NCBI GenBank assembly: GCA_964576435.1 | Contig: CAZNUP010000001.1 | Coordinates: 34,345-98,344 of the forward strand | Reading direction: 5' to 3' | Origin: an uncultured Gammaproteobacteria bacterium | GTDB taxonomy: Bacteria; Patescibacteriota; Microgenomatia; JAMCZE01 | DNA: 64,000 bases | Shown: positions 1 to 7,840 of the stretch, piece after piece | How positions within the stretch are numbered: position 1 is the first letter of the stretch | Layout: each line of letters opens with the position of its first letter | Position numbers and translations under genes: made by a program | Notes under the pieces: generated by a model | Seen by the model: the letters and a program-made list of their open reading frames with translations, nothing else | What the model was told of the DNA's origin: nothing | Database searches by the model: none

Positions 1-1638
1 AATTGGACCAAGTGGACTCATTCCGTATTCCATAACCATTTCCCGAGCAATTTGTGTTGCTGTAGAAATATCAGATGATGCACCTGTTGTAATATCTCCA
101 AATACTATATCTTCAGCCGCTCTTCCACCAAGCATTGCCGCAATTTGTTCAACAAGATGCGATTTTGTTTCATGTAACCGGTCAGCAGAAGGTGGAATAA
201 GTGTGTGTCCAAGGCTCATTCCTCGGGACACTATTGAAATTCGGTGTACCGGATCCATGTTGGGAAGCTCATGGGTCACAATCGCGTGTCCCATCTCGTG
301 ATACGCAGTCATTTTCTTATCAAGATCCGATTGCAGTCTCTTCTTTTGTGGCCCCATCTTAACTTTCGTTGCCGCTTCTTCAATGTCCTCCATTGAAATT
401 GTGGCTTTATTCTGGCGTGCTGCCAAAATTGCCGCCTCATTAAGCATGTTTTCAAGATCAGCTCCGGAAAATCCAACAGTTCTTCTTGCTACCTTTTCCC
501 AATTAACAGTTGAATCAAATGGCTTGTCTTTCTTGTGAACCATAAGAATTTCTTTTCTGCCTTCTAAATCTGGTAGATCTAAAACTACTCTTCTATCAAA
601 TCGTCCTGGTCTAAGAAGCGCCGGGTCCAAAAGATCTCCTCTATTAGTTGCTCCAATCACAATTACAGATTCATTTGGTTCAAATCCGTCCATTTCAATT
701 AGAATTTGGTTAAGTGTTTGTTCACGCTCGTCATGTCCCCCAACTGCCCCCATGCTTCTAGTTCTTCCAATTGCATCAATTTCGTCAATGAAAATAATGG
801 CAGGCTTTGCTTTTTTAGCTTGTGCAAAAAGATCTCTTGCTCTTGAAGCTCCCACCCCAACAAGCATTTCCATGAATTCTGATCCGGCCATTGAGAAAAA
901 TGGCACTCCCGCTTCACCAGCAACCGCCTTGGCCATAAGCGTTTTTCCAGTCCCTGATGGTCCCACAAGAAGTACACCTTTTGGAGTCCTTGCTCCGACT
1001 GCTGCATATTTCTTGGGATTTTTCAAAAAGTCGACCACTTCTTCAAGTTCCTTCTTGGCTTCAGTCACTCCCGCAACATCTTTAAATGTTACCTTTGGAG
1101 AATCTTTAGAATAAAGTTTTGCTGGTGACTGACCAAATGAGAAAATTGACCCAGATCCCCCTGTTTGTCTTTTATAAAGCCAAAGAAGAAGAACAAAAAG
1201 AAGAAGCACAGGCCCAAATTGGAAAAATAGATTGGCCCAAAAACTTGCCCCCATTGCTTCCTGGTTAACAACAACAATAGTTTTAGGGTCAATTCCAAGT
1301 TCTTCTTTAGAAAAAAGTGTCCTATTTAAATCAGCGTTCTGATCAAGAAGAGTCTCAACTTTCTTTCCATTCTTATATTCAACATTTGCTGTTGAGTCAG
1401 AAACTGTTATCTTCTTAATTTTTCCAGCTTTTGCATCAGCATAGATTTGAGAAATTGGGGCTTTAGTAGGTGGTTCAATAGATCCGACAAAGCTAGTAAC
1501 TGCAATAAAAGCAACTAGCCCAATAACTCCGTAAAGTAAAATATCTTTAGGAGAGAACTTCATTTCCATCTTGAAGCCCGATTGCTTTTTCTTACCGTTT
1601 GTTTGTTTCTGATTTGTAGGAAGTTTTGGGATTTCCAT
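1..1638 (-). CDS. ftsH: ATP-dependent zinc metalloprotease FtsH. It is partial: the N-terminal ~546 aa are present and the C-terminus runs off the window start.
   Basis: Manual minus-strand translation from the ATG at 1638 gives an N-terminal TM segment, Walker A GVLLVGPSGTGKTLMAKAVAGEA, IIFIDEIDAIGR, and the HEMGHA zinc motif. The ORF track missed it because it reaches the window edge. Confidence 0.9.
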   Translation of the reverse strand, partial: MEIPKLPTNQKQTNGKKKQSGFKMEMKFSPKDILLYGVIGLVAFIAVTSFVGSIEPPTKAPISQIYADAKAGKIKKITVSDSTANVEYKNGKKVETLLDQNADLNRTLFSKEELGIDPKTIVVVNQEAMGASFWANLFFQFGPVLLLFVLLLWLYKRQTGGSGSIFSFGQSPAKLYSKDSPKVTFKDVAGVTEAKKELEEVVDFLKNPKKYAAVGARTPKGVLLVGPSGTGKTLMAKAVAGEAGVPFFSMAGSEFMEMLVGVGASRARDLFAQAKKAKPAIIFIDEIDAIGRTRSMGAVGGHDEREQTLNQILIEMDGFEPNESVIVIGATNRGDLLDPALLRPGRFDRRVVLDLPDLEGRKEILMVHKKDKPFDSTVNWEKVARRTVGFSGADLENMLNEAAILAARQNKATISMEDIEEAATKVKMGPQKKRLQSDLDKKMTAYHEMGHAIVTHELPNMDPVHRISIVSRGMSLGHTLIPPSADRLHETKSHLVEQIAAMLGGRAAEDIVFGDITTGASSDISTATQIAREMVMEYGMSPLGPI

Positions 1639-1650
1639 CAAGTTTGCATT

Positions 1651-1995
1651 CTACCTTAAAACGCTTCCCACTGGAAGATCCTCATCAAAAGAGTAAAGGT
1701 AAGCCTTGTCTCCCCCAGCAGCAACCAGCATTCCTTCACTAACATATTCGTTATCAAAAATCTTGAATGTTCGCGGAGCCAAATTAACAATAAAAATAAG
1801 TTTCCGTCCAACTAAACTTTCTGGTGTATACCATTTTTTAATTCCTGAATAAATTGTCTTCTCACCAATTTCCTCTCCAAAATTAACTTTAAGTTCCAGA
1901 AGTTTGTCACTTCCAGAAACTTCAGAAACAGCAACGACTTCTCCAACACGGAGATCAAGTTTTCCAAAATCATCAATTGTAATCTGATCTTTCAT
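1651..1995 (-). CDS. tRNA-binding domain protein (CsaA/Trbp111/EMAP-like OB fold)
   Basis: 114 aa with a KLDLRVGEVV...LKVNFGEE pattern typical of the MetRS C-terminal/CsaA tRNA-binding domain. It lies immediately upstream of ftsH on the same strand. Confidence 0.65.
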   Translation of the reverse strand: MKDQITIDDFGKLDLRVGEVVAVSEVSGSDKLLELKVNFGEEIGEKTIYSGIKKWYTPESLVGRKLIFIVNLAPRTFKIFDNEYVSEGMLVAAGGDKAYLYSFDEDLPVGSVLR

Positions 1996-2061
1996 ACTGC
2001 AATTATAACATTAGAACTTCTCTTATTGATCTGAACAAAAAAACAATATATGCTTTTCTAA

Positions 2062-2631
2062 GTGCCAACTGAAAAACAAGAAAAAACACATATAGGAGTA
2101 ACAATCGTTGTTATCCTAGCTCTTATTTTCTTCTACCCACTGGGGGTAATTTTAATGTGGTTTCTTACCAAATGGCCCCGCTGGGCAAAAATAGTAATTA
2201 CACTTTTGCTAGTTATCCCAATAATTGCCGTGTTCCTATCTATTTCTTTGATAGCAGTGAATCCAGCTCGCCAATTTGCTCAAGCATATGACACCCAAAG
2301 AAAAAGTGACGTAAACGCAATTTCAAATGCAATTAGCCAATATTATTCAGACAACAATACACTCCCCCCAGGTCTCCAAAATCTCCCCGCAGGCACTACT
2401 ACAGGTATTACAGCAAATAACCCAGCCGCAGGAACAGAATTCTGCAATGCTTTAGTTCCAGACTACATGGCAGAACTGCCAGCAGATCCAAAAGTGGGAA
2501 GATTCGAGAGCTGTAATGATTTCAATACTAGCTACACAATAACTGTAAATCAAAATCCAAATGGTGGAAGCCCAACCGTAACAATTTCCGCAAATCCACA
2601 AATCGCCCCATCCATCTCAGTAACTAGGTAG
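2062..2631 (+). CDS. Membrane protein with a pilin/pseudopilin-like C-terminal domain
   Basis: N-terminal hydrophobic segments are followed by AISNAISQYYSDNN...LVPDYMAELPADP, which resembles the globular part of PulG/type IV pilin-like proteins. The N-terminus is not a canonical prepilin signal. Confidence 0.35.
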   Translation: MPTEKQEKTHIGVTIVVILALIFFYPLGVILMWFLTKWPRWAKIVITLLLVIPIIAVFLSISLIAVNPARQFAQAYDTQRKSDVNAISNAISQYYSDNNTLPPGLQNLPAGTTTGITANNPAAGTEFCNALVPDYMAELPADPKVGRFESCNDFNTSYTITVNQNPNGGSPTVTISANPQIAPSISVTR

Positions 2632-2661
2632 AATTAAATAGATAGCAACCTATTTCCAGAT

Positions 2662-2847
2662 TTATTTTTTTATTTTAATATCTCTATTCTTTGCCCACTC
2701 CTCAGCTTGTGAAGTAGCAATAGCAATTGCCCTTCCCTCCTCCATGCCATCCTCTAAAAGTGCGTTTGCAATCTCTACCGCTTTCTCACGGACTTTGGGG
2801 GAAAGATTTTTCATTGATACTGGATAATTATCTTTTGTCCAAGGCAT
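2662..2847 (-). CDS. Small conserved hypothetical protein (61 aa)
   Basis: Intact ORF with charged, helical composition. No family was confidently recognised. Confidence 0.35.
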   Translation of the reverse strand: MPWTKDNYPVSMKNLSPKVREKAVEIANALLEDGMEEGRAIAIATSQAEEWAKNRDIKIKK

Positions 2848-3011
2848 ATTCTATCTAAATAGTAATCTATCAGTATGGCCACAGTCCATTTCTCAAAAAT
2901 CATTAAATAAAAACCTAATTAGTAAAAATATTTTTTCACTATTACAGTGTTTCATTTGAAGACTAAGAATTTGTGAGGAATCTATATGAATTTGGTATTA
3001 AACTACTTTGA

Positions 3012-4001
3012 TTAATTTGAAACTAAACCCATTTTCTCTCGAACTTCTTTGAGTGTTTCATCAGCAATCTTTTTGGCATACTCTCTACCATCACTAAGGA
3101 TTTGTTTTACTTCTTCTGGATGTTCTTCGTAATATCTCCTTCTTTCTTGAATTGGTTTAAGTTCCTCGTAAACTGCCTCAGCAAGTTCTTTTTTAAGGTC
3201 TCCATATCTAAGTCCCGTCTCTTTATATTCAAGTTTGAGTTGCATTGCCCGATCGTGTCCGAGAAAAAGTTCAAAAAAGTTTACAAAGTTCACAACAGTT
3301 CCTTCTGTTGGAAACTTTTCTCCTTTACCAGCATCAGTTGGAATCTTTGCAATCTTTGCTTTTATAGTTTCAAAGTCGTCAGACAAAGCAATGTAAGACC
3401 CTTCAACACTTTTACTCATTTTCCCTTCCCCTGAAAGAGAAGGAACATATCGGCCAGGCGTATCAAATCTCTTAGGTTCAGGAAATGTTTGCCCAAACAT
3501 TGAGTTAAATTTTCTGGCAATCTCTCTCGCCACTTCAATATGTGGTTCCTGATCAATTCCAACGGGAACCAACTCTCCTTTATATAAAAGAATGTCAGCA
3601 GTCATAAGAACCGGGTAGTAAAGAAGACCCATGTTAACGTAATCTGGGTGCTGCGCTTTTTTGTCTTTATATGTTGGCAAATCTTCAAGTCTTGAAACCG
3701 GATAAATTGTTCCCAAGTAGTAAGAAAGTAAAATATCTTCCTCAAGTTGCACCCCAATATGACACTTCTTAGGATCGAGTCCCGCTCCTAAATAATCAAG
3801 AACTACACTATAAACATTCTTTTGGAAGGTTTCTTTGTCATATGGAGTCGTAATTCCATGAAGAGTCACCACTTGAAAAATACAATCCAAATCAGGTTGA
3901 TTTTGGAGTTCAATCATTCCCTTAGCAGAGCCCAAATAATTACCGACGTGTAAATATCCTGTCGGCCTCATTCCTGCATATACTCGTTTTTTATCTTTCA
4001 T
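3012..4001 (-). CDS. trpS: Tryptophan--tRNA ligase
   Basis: Class I aaRS HIGH-like motif (TGYLHVGN) and KMSKS (GEGKMSKS). The length of 329 aa fits TrpRS. Confidence 0.9.
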   Translation of the reverse strand: MKDKKRVYAGMRPTGYLHVGNYLGSAKGMIELQNQPDLDCIFQVVTLHGITTPYDKETFQKNVYSVVLDYLGAGLDPKKCHIGVQLEEDILLSYYLGTIYPVSRLEDLPTYKDKKAQHPDYVNMGLLYYPVLMTADILLYKGELVPVGIDQEPHIEVAREIARKFNSMFGQTFPEPKRFDTPGRYVPSLSGEGKMSKSVEGSYIALSDDFETIKAKIAKIPTDAGKGEKFPTEGTVVNFVNFFELFLGHDRAMQLKLEYKETGLRYGDLKKELAEAVYEELKPIQERRRYYEEHPEEVKQILSDGREYAKKIADETLKEVREKMGLVSN

Positions 4002-4027
4002 AATTCGATTCTAACAAATAATTTCAA

Positions 4028-4249
4028 CTAATTTTTATTTCCTAAAACAAATAATGTTCCTGGTCCATCCTCAAGCCTAATAGGTTCAATCCCAAGTCTT
4101 CTTATCAAATGTCTATTATGCTTCTTGACTTGACCTTTCAAAATATCTATTTCTTTTTCTGAAAATCCAAATGGAAATATAATTTCTGACGAGTGATTTG
4201 CTTGAATAATTAACGCGAGAGCCTGACTAATTGCTCTCGCATCGACCAT
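4028..4249 (-). CDS. Hypothetical protein. It may be the C-terminal part of a frameshifted small XRE-like HTH gene whose 5' portion is the 4308..4213 ORF.
   Basis: 73-aa ORF. A 32-aa ORF (MTERRVYQNELSKRAGDCLGWSMREQLVRLSR) starts at 4308 in another frame and overlaps it. Its ELSKRAG motif is HTH-like. Confidence 0.25.
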   Translation of the reverse strand: MVDARAISQALALIIQANHSSEIIFPFGFSEKEIDILKGQVKKHNRHLIRRLGIEPIRLEDGPGTLFVLGNKN

Positions 4250-4321
4250 CCCAGGCAGTCACCTGCTCTTTTTGAAAGTTCATTTTGATAAACTCGTCTT
4301 TCTGTCATATTAAAACTAAAA

Positions 4322-4362
4322 AACCCTTGCAAGAATCTAAAAAAATTAGATCTTTGCAAGGG
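4322..4362 (-). terminator. Long imperfect palindrome (CCCTTGCAAG...CTTGCAAGGG) followed on the minus strand by a T-tract. It is either an intrinsic terminator for the 4633-5169 gene or an operator-like palindrome.
   Basis: 10-bp perfect stem arms seen directly in the sequence. The minus-strand reading gives a hairpin then TTTTTTAGTTTT. Confidence 0.4.
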
Positions 4363-4487
4363 CCTTTAAGGCGGTGCCACCTTGAATTATACTTTTATTA
4401 ACTTCAGCTTCTCCCCGGTTCCAACCTTCCGGATCAATAAAACTGTACTAATTATAGCATATTGAGGGATTAGGCTATAATCAGCCC

Positions 4488-4673
4488 ATGGAAACAATCC
4501 ACAACATGATTAACTTTCCTTTTTCTAGTCGCGAACGACTAATTGCTTGCCTTGGCATTACCATTATTCTAGGTTTAGTCACTTTCTCTATTATAGTAAT
4601 AGATGACTACAAGAGGTTTAAAAAAAGATCCACTATTTCCTCCCAGTCCCAAGTTCCTCCGTCCGAGCAATAA
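4488..4673 (+). CDS. Small membrane protein (61 aa)
   Basis: A TATAAT hexamer sits 10 nt upstream of the ATG, suggesting a leaderless or near-leaderless transcript. There is one TM segment. Confidence 0.3.
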   Translation: METIHNMINFPFSSRERLIACLGITIILGLVTFSIIVIDDYKRFKKRSTISSQSQVPPSEQ

Positions 4674-5169
4674 GTTCCGGAATCTCCATTTTTGAAGTAT
4701 CGACAGCCCGTTCACTCATAATAAGAAGTCCTAAAATAATTCTCTTAGCCTTATTTGCCTTATCTTTAGATAAGAAATCAATTTTATAAGTCCCATTTTG
4801 GGCTACAACAGCAAGCTCTGCAAAAAACGGCACACTATTAATTTCGACCGACTTAATATCCTTAATTAAAATATGGTTCACCCCTTGTGTAGCAAAAAAA
4901 CGGTTTTCAATGATGGTTACCTTAATTTCATCAATAATCACCTGGTCAGGAAATAAATCAAACGGAAAAACCGCATTCCCCCTAAAAACTACCCGGGCAG
5001 TAGGAGTCGTGATTTCCACCTGACGCATCTCTGTTTGCGAATGTGTCACAGTTTCTTTTTTAGGATCACCTGGCGGAACTACATTGCGCATGTCTCCAGG
5101 AAGCGTTGGGTCCGGTTTTTCCTCCTGCTTTGTTTTTTCTAGCTCATCTATCTTTACTCTCTTATCCAT
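4633..5169 (-). CDS. Soluble bacterial PH-domain (bPH_2/YdbT-like) protein
   Basis: The C-terminal half (IENRFF...HILIKDIKSVEINS...NGTYKIDF) matches the bacterial PH-domain pattern. The N-terminus is charged and Pro-rich. Confidence 0.45.
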   Translation of the reverse strand: MDKRVKIDELEKTKQEEKPDPTLPGDMRNVVPPGDPKKETVTHSQTEMRQVEITTPTARVVFRGNAVFPFDLFPDQVIIDEIKVTIIENRFFATQGVNHILIKDIKSVEINSVPFFAELAVVAQNGTYKIDFLSKDKANKAKRIILGLLIMSERAVDTSKMEIPELIARTEELGTGRK

Positions 5170-5302
5170 ATTTGCATCTTAAACTGTATTTGTAAGTTAT
5201 TTGTATGATTTGGAAGAGAATTCTTTCAGAATTCTTGCACAACTTTTAACCATTCTTAGTTGCTAGATTAGAAAATATACCTAGATTTGGAGGTGAAAAT
5301 TT

Positions 5303-5431
5303 ATGGCCGACGAAGCATACATTCACTGTGATGTCTGTGGACAAGATATCCCAGCTACAGAGTTTAAAGATCACGCCGAACAAGAAGCTAAAGACCGAAT
5401 TAGAGAAGTTGAAAGTCAGCTTCCTAACTGA
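5303..5431 (+). CDS. Micro-ORF (42 aa) encoding a CxxC-containing peptide (MADEAYIHCDVCGQDIPATEFKDHAEQEAKDRIREVESQLPN)
   Basis: Strong SD GGAGGTG lies 7 nt upstream of the ATG. The ORF is below the 60-aa cutoff of the ORF track. It is convergent with, and overlaps by 16 nt, the 3' end of the SET gene. Confidence 0.35.
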   Translation: MADEAYIHCDVCGQDIPATEFKDHAEQEAKDRIREVESQLPN

Positions 5432-5955
5432 TTCTTTATCTTTAAGGAAATAAATGGAGAGAAATGCCCTGCATATTTTTGCTGGATCTCAGGTCGCATC
5501 CAATCTTGTCCTGTTAAAATCTTACGGCAGTCACTACTTCCACAAGTACATTTTTGGTTGTCCGAATAATCCTCTTCTAAATCATCGTTCCAAAGTGCTT
5601 GATCCATTGTTATTTCTTCACCAATTTCAATGTCTCTCCTAGCTATTACAGTTACTTCGTCACTTAGCCAGGTATTTGGATCACAAGAATGATTTAAAAA
5701 TTCATCAATTGAATCTTCAGTATCTGTTATTGGAAGTCCAATATATTCCGTGTCACTAATTGGCACCATTGTCTGAAGTCGATATTTGTCCCAATCAGTA
5801 TTTTCTCTAGGAATTAGTACCCCTCCCCAAATCATAACTAGCTCCCCTTCTTTGATGGGTTTAGTTGTAAAAATTCCTTTCCCATTAATTTTAGACTCTC
5901 CAACAACCAGTCTTGGATCAATCCATGGGTGTGCTAAATATTTCTTTTTATGCAT
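5416..5955 (-). CDS. SET-domain protein lysine methyltransferase with a post-SET Cys cluster
   Basis: GxG-like GKGIF, the invariant NHSCDPN signature, and post-SET CTCGSSDC. The start is taken at MHKKK (an alternative start at 5994 adds 13 aa). Confidence 0.75.
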   Translation of the reverse strand: MHKKKYLAHPWIDPRLVVGESKINGKGIFTTKPIKEGELVMIWGGVLIPRENTDWDKYRLQTMVPISDTEYIGLPITDTEDSIDEFLNHSCDPNTWLSDEVTVIARRDIEIGEEITMDQALWNDDLEEDYSDNQKCTCGSSDCRKILTGQDWMRPEIQQKYAGHFSPFISLKIKNQLGS

Positions 5956-5995
5956 ATATAGGCTAAAATAGTACCACAGTTTAATAAATCTCATT

Positions 5996-6064
5996 GCGGG
6001 GTAGTGTACAGTAGCATGGAAGGCTCATAATCTTCCGGGCCGTGGTGCGACCCCCGGCCCCGCA
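5996..6064 (+). ncRNA. tRNA-like structured element or candidate small RNA. It has a closing stem GCGGGG/CCCCGC and an internal anticodon-arm-like hairpin with loop CUCAUAA, but non-canonical D and T arms.
   Basis: Hand folding of the sequence. It is followed 13 nt later by a strong + strand intrinsic terminator with no + strand CDS upstream. Confidence 0.35.
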
Positions 6065-6077
6065 ACACAAGACATTT

Positions 6078-6104
6078 GGAGCGTGTAAATGCTCCATTTT
6101 TTTT
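6078..6104 (+). terminator. Rho-independent terminator (GGAGC-gtgtaaat-GCTCC + T8)
   Basis: Perfect 5-bp GC-rich stem plus a run of eight T. It is oriented for a + strand transcript ending before the 6137 gene. Confidence 0.65.
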
Positions 6105-6136
6105 AAGTTTCATTTACCTGCAGTATAATCTAAACA

Positions 6137-6715
6137 ATGATTTCACCCAGCAACAATAAAGAAGAAATTTCTACAGGTCAGCTTGAAGATTTAAAATTAA
6201 CTTTATCTCGCTATAACATCCCTATCGACCAATGGGGCCATGGTGAAGCCAAAACTGTAGAACACTTATTGCGTGAGGTTCAAGACGGAGAAACCCTATT
6301 AGTAAGGGATGGTGAAAGGATTGTAAGACAAGTTAGTGTTGCAGTTATAGATGTTATGTATCAAGAAGGAAATAACAAATACCAGCTTATTGAAGATCAT
6401 CAAGAATTTAAAGATGGCAGAACTAGGCGCAGGGATATTGGCGGCTCAATCGCTGAAAAACTATCCCCTGGAGAACTTCCCCTTAATACCGCAACCAGAG
6501 CACTAAAAGATGAATTGGGAATTGAAAGTCAAACTAAAATATCTACAAAAGGAAGCGAAGAGTCTTTCAAACAAAGCCCTAGTTATCCAGGATTAAATAC
6601 AAAGTACGTGCGCCACTTCTTTGAAGCGCAACTCAATCAAGGTCAATACAATCCTGACGGGTATGTCGAAAGACAACCCGACAAAACTACCTACTTTGTT
6701 TGGAGAAGACAATAA
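6137..6715 (+). CDS. Nudix-fold protein with a degenerate Nudix box
   Basis: The motif E-x7-RALKDELGI aligns with the Nudix box Gx5Ex7REUxEExGU. G0, E15 and E18 are substituted. A beta-rich stretch lies upstream. Confidence 0.4.
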   Translation: MISPSNNKEEISTGQLEDLKLTLSRYNIPIDQWGHGEAKTVEHLLREVQDGETLLVRDGERIVRQVSVAVIDVMYQEGNNKYQLIEDHQEFKDGRTRRRDIGGSIAEKLSPGELPLNTATRALKDELGIESQTKISTKGSEESFKQSPSYPGLNTKYVRHFFEAQLNQGQYNPDGYVERQPDKTTYFVWRRQ

Positions 6716-6771
6716 TTAGAAACAGGTCTGAAGTTTCTTATTAAATCATGAGTTTTTGTTAATATGACACA

Positions 6772-7017
6772 ATGTGGTTCATCTATATTCTCCTCTGCTC
6801 TGATAAAAGTCTATACACAGGGATAACAAATAACTTAAAAGGACGCTTTAAAGAACACCAAGAAGGTAAAGGCGGTAAATATACAAGAAGTCATAAACCG
6901 CTAAAGATTGTCTATTTTGAAGAAGTACCCACCAAGTCATTAGCACTAAAGCGTGAACTAGAGATCAAAAAATACTCTAAATCTGCTAAAATAACCCTTA
7001 TCAACAAGCCAGGGTAG
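6772..7017 (+). CDS. GIY-YIG nuclease family protein (UPF0213-like, 81 aa)
   Basis: N-terminal FIYILLCSDKSLYTGITNNLKGRFKEH is the GIY-YIG motif. The stop codon lies inside the first 10 nt of the downstream tRNA. Confidence 0.7.
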   Translation: MWFIYILLCSDKSLYTGITNNLKGRFKEHQEGKGGKYTRSHKPLKIVYFEEVPTKSLALKRELEIKKYSKSAKITLINKPG

Positions 7018-7082
7018 CTCAGCGGTAGAGCACAGCATTCATAACGCTGCGGTCGAGAGTCCGACTCTCTCCTCTGGCACCA
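7008..7082 (+). tRNA. tRNA with anticodon CAU, either elongator tRNA-Met or tRNA-Ile2. CCA is encoded.
   Basis: Manual cloverleaf: acceptor GCCAGGG/CTCTGGC with one G-U pair, D arm GCTC-AGCGGTA-GAGC, anticodon stem CAGCA/CGCTG, loop TTCATAA, T arm GAGAG-TCCGACT-CTCTC, A73, CCA. G1-C72 is paired and there is no GGG/CCC anticodon stem, so it is not an initiator. Confidence 0.85.
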
Positions 7083-7088
7083 AAAAAA

Positions 7089-7439
7089 ATGAATAAATAC
7101 AAAAAAATTGCAATTGCGGCTTTTGTTGTAGGGGGACTTCAAGGTCTTTACGCTCTTATGGTTACTCTTTCGATTTACCCAAAAGTCACCCAGGTCTATG
7201 AAGATTTCGGGGCCACAACACCGGTTATTACTCAATTTACCCCTTTTATTCTAATTTTCCCTGCTTTAGCCAATATTATTATTGGAATTTTAGTTCTTAC
7301 TTCTAAAAACAAAGACAAGTACTACTCTTTGGCAAAAATAGTCCTAATAGTTACTCTAGTTCTTGCCTTGTTAGTATTCCCTCTCGTGCTCTCATTTGGG
7401 CTTTTATTACCAATGTTTAACATAGTAAACGTTTTATAA
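7089..7439 (+). CDS. Small polytopic membrane protein
   Basis: 116 aa with 3-4 hydrophobic segments. Confidence 0.4.
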   Translation: MNKYKKIAIAAFVVGGLQGLYALMVTLSIYPKVTQVYEDFGATTPVITQFTPFILIFPALANIIIGILVLTSKNKDKYYSLAKIVLIVTLVLALLVFPLVLSFGLLLPMFNIVNVL

Positions 7440-7778
7440 AATAAGCTCCACCCATTTCTTCCAATTGGGTTCATCAACGACGACAACCTTAGACGAGTTA
7501 TCAGCAAGAAGCTCTTTGGGGATGATAATAACCTTCTCCCCAGGCTTAGAGAGCCCCAGCTGGTCATAGGCTACCTGGTCCAAAAACTCCTTCGAACCTA
7601 TCTGTTTTTCCTTAATTTCCAGCTTACGCTTCTCCTCCATAAGCTTAGCAAGCTCACTTTCCCTTCTAGTTACCTTCTCTCCCGCTGAAAAAAGCCCCAC
7701 AGTTCCTTGAATAGTAGTGAAAGCTAGGTATAAACAGATAACTATGATCAAAACACGGATAGTTTGTTTACGTTTCAT
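7434..7778 (-). CDS. FtsB/DivIC-like septum formation initiator family protein
   Basis: An N-terminal TM segment followed by a coiled coil (ESELAKLMEEKRKLEIKEKQI), which is typical FtsB/DivIC architecture. Confidence 0.5.
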   Translation of the reverse strand: MKRKQTIRVLIIVICLYLAFTTIQGTVGLFSAGEKVTRRESELAKLMEEKRKLEIKEKQIGSKEFLDQVAYDQLGLSKPGEKVIIIPKELLADNSSKVVVVDEPNWKKWVELIL

Positions 7779-7840
7779 ATTGTTCTAGAGCCCTGATCTC
7801 GAGCTTGACTAACTAACCTGGTAGGTGATATTATGGGACT

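Noticed and set aside
699-1298. ORF-track ORFs 699..1007(-), 752..1114(+) and 1089..1298(-)
   Set aside because: They lie inside ftsH in other frames or antisense. The real gene is the minus-strand frame carrying the Walker A and HEMGH motifs, which the track missed because it runs off the window edge.
3102-3434. 110-aa + strand ORF
   Set aside because: Antisense to trpS. It has low-complexity F/K-rich composition typical of AT-rich antisense frames.
5996-6064. Canonical tRNA(CAU) at this position
   Set aside because: The acceptor and anticodon arms fold, but no acceptable D arm exists (no GG, 13-nt region) and no T arm exists (T stem has only 2-3 of 5 bp). It is kept only as a tRNA-like or sRNA candidate.
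6912-7235. 107-aa minus-strand ORF
   Set aside because: It overlaps the tRNA(CAU) gene and the GIY-YIG 3' end antisense, so it is spurious.
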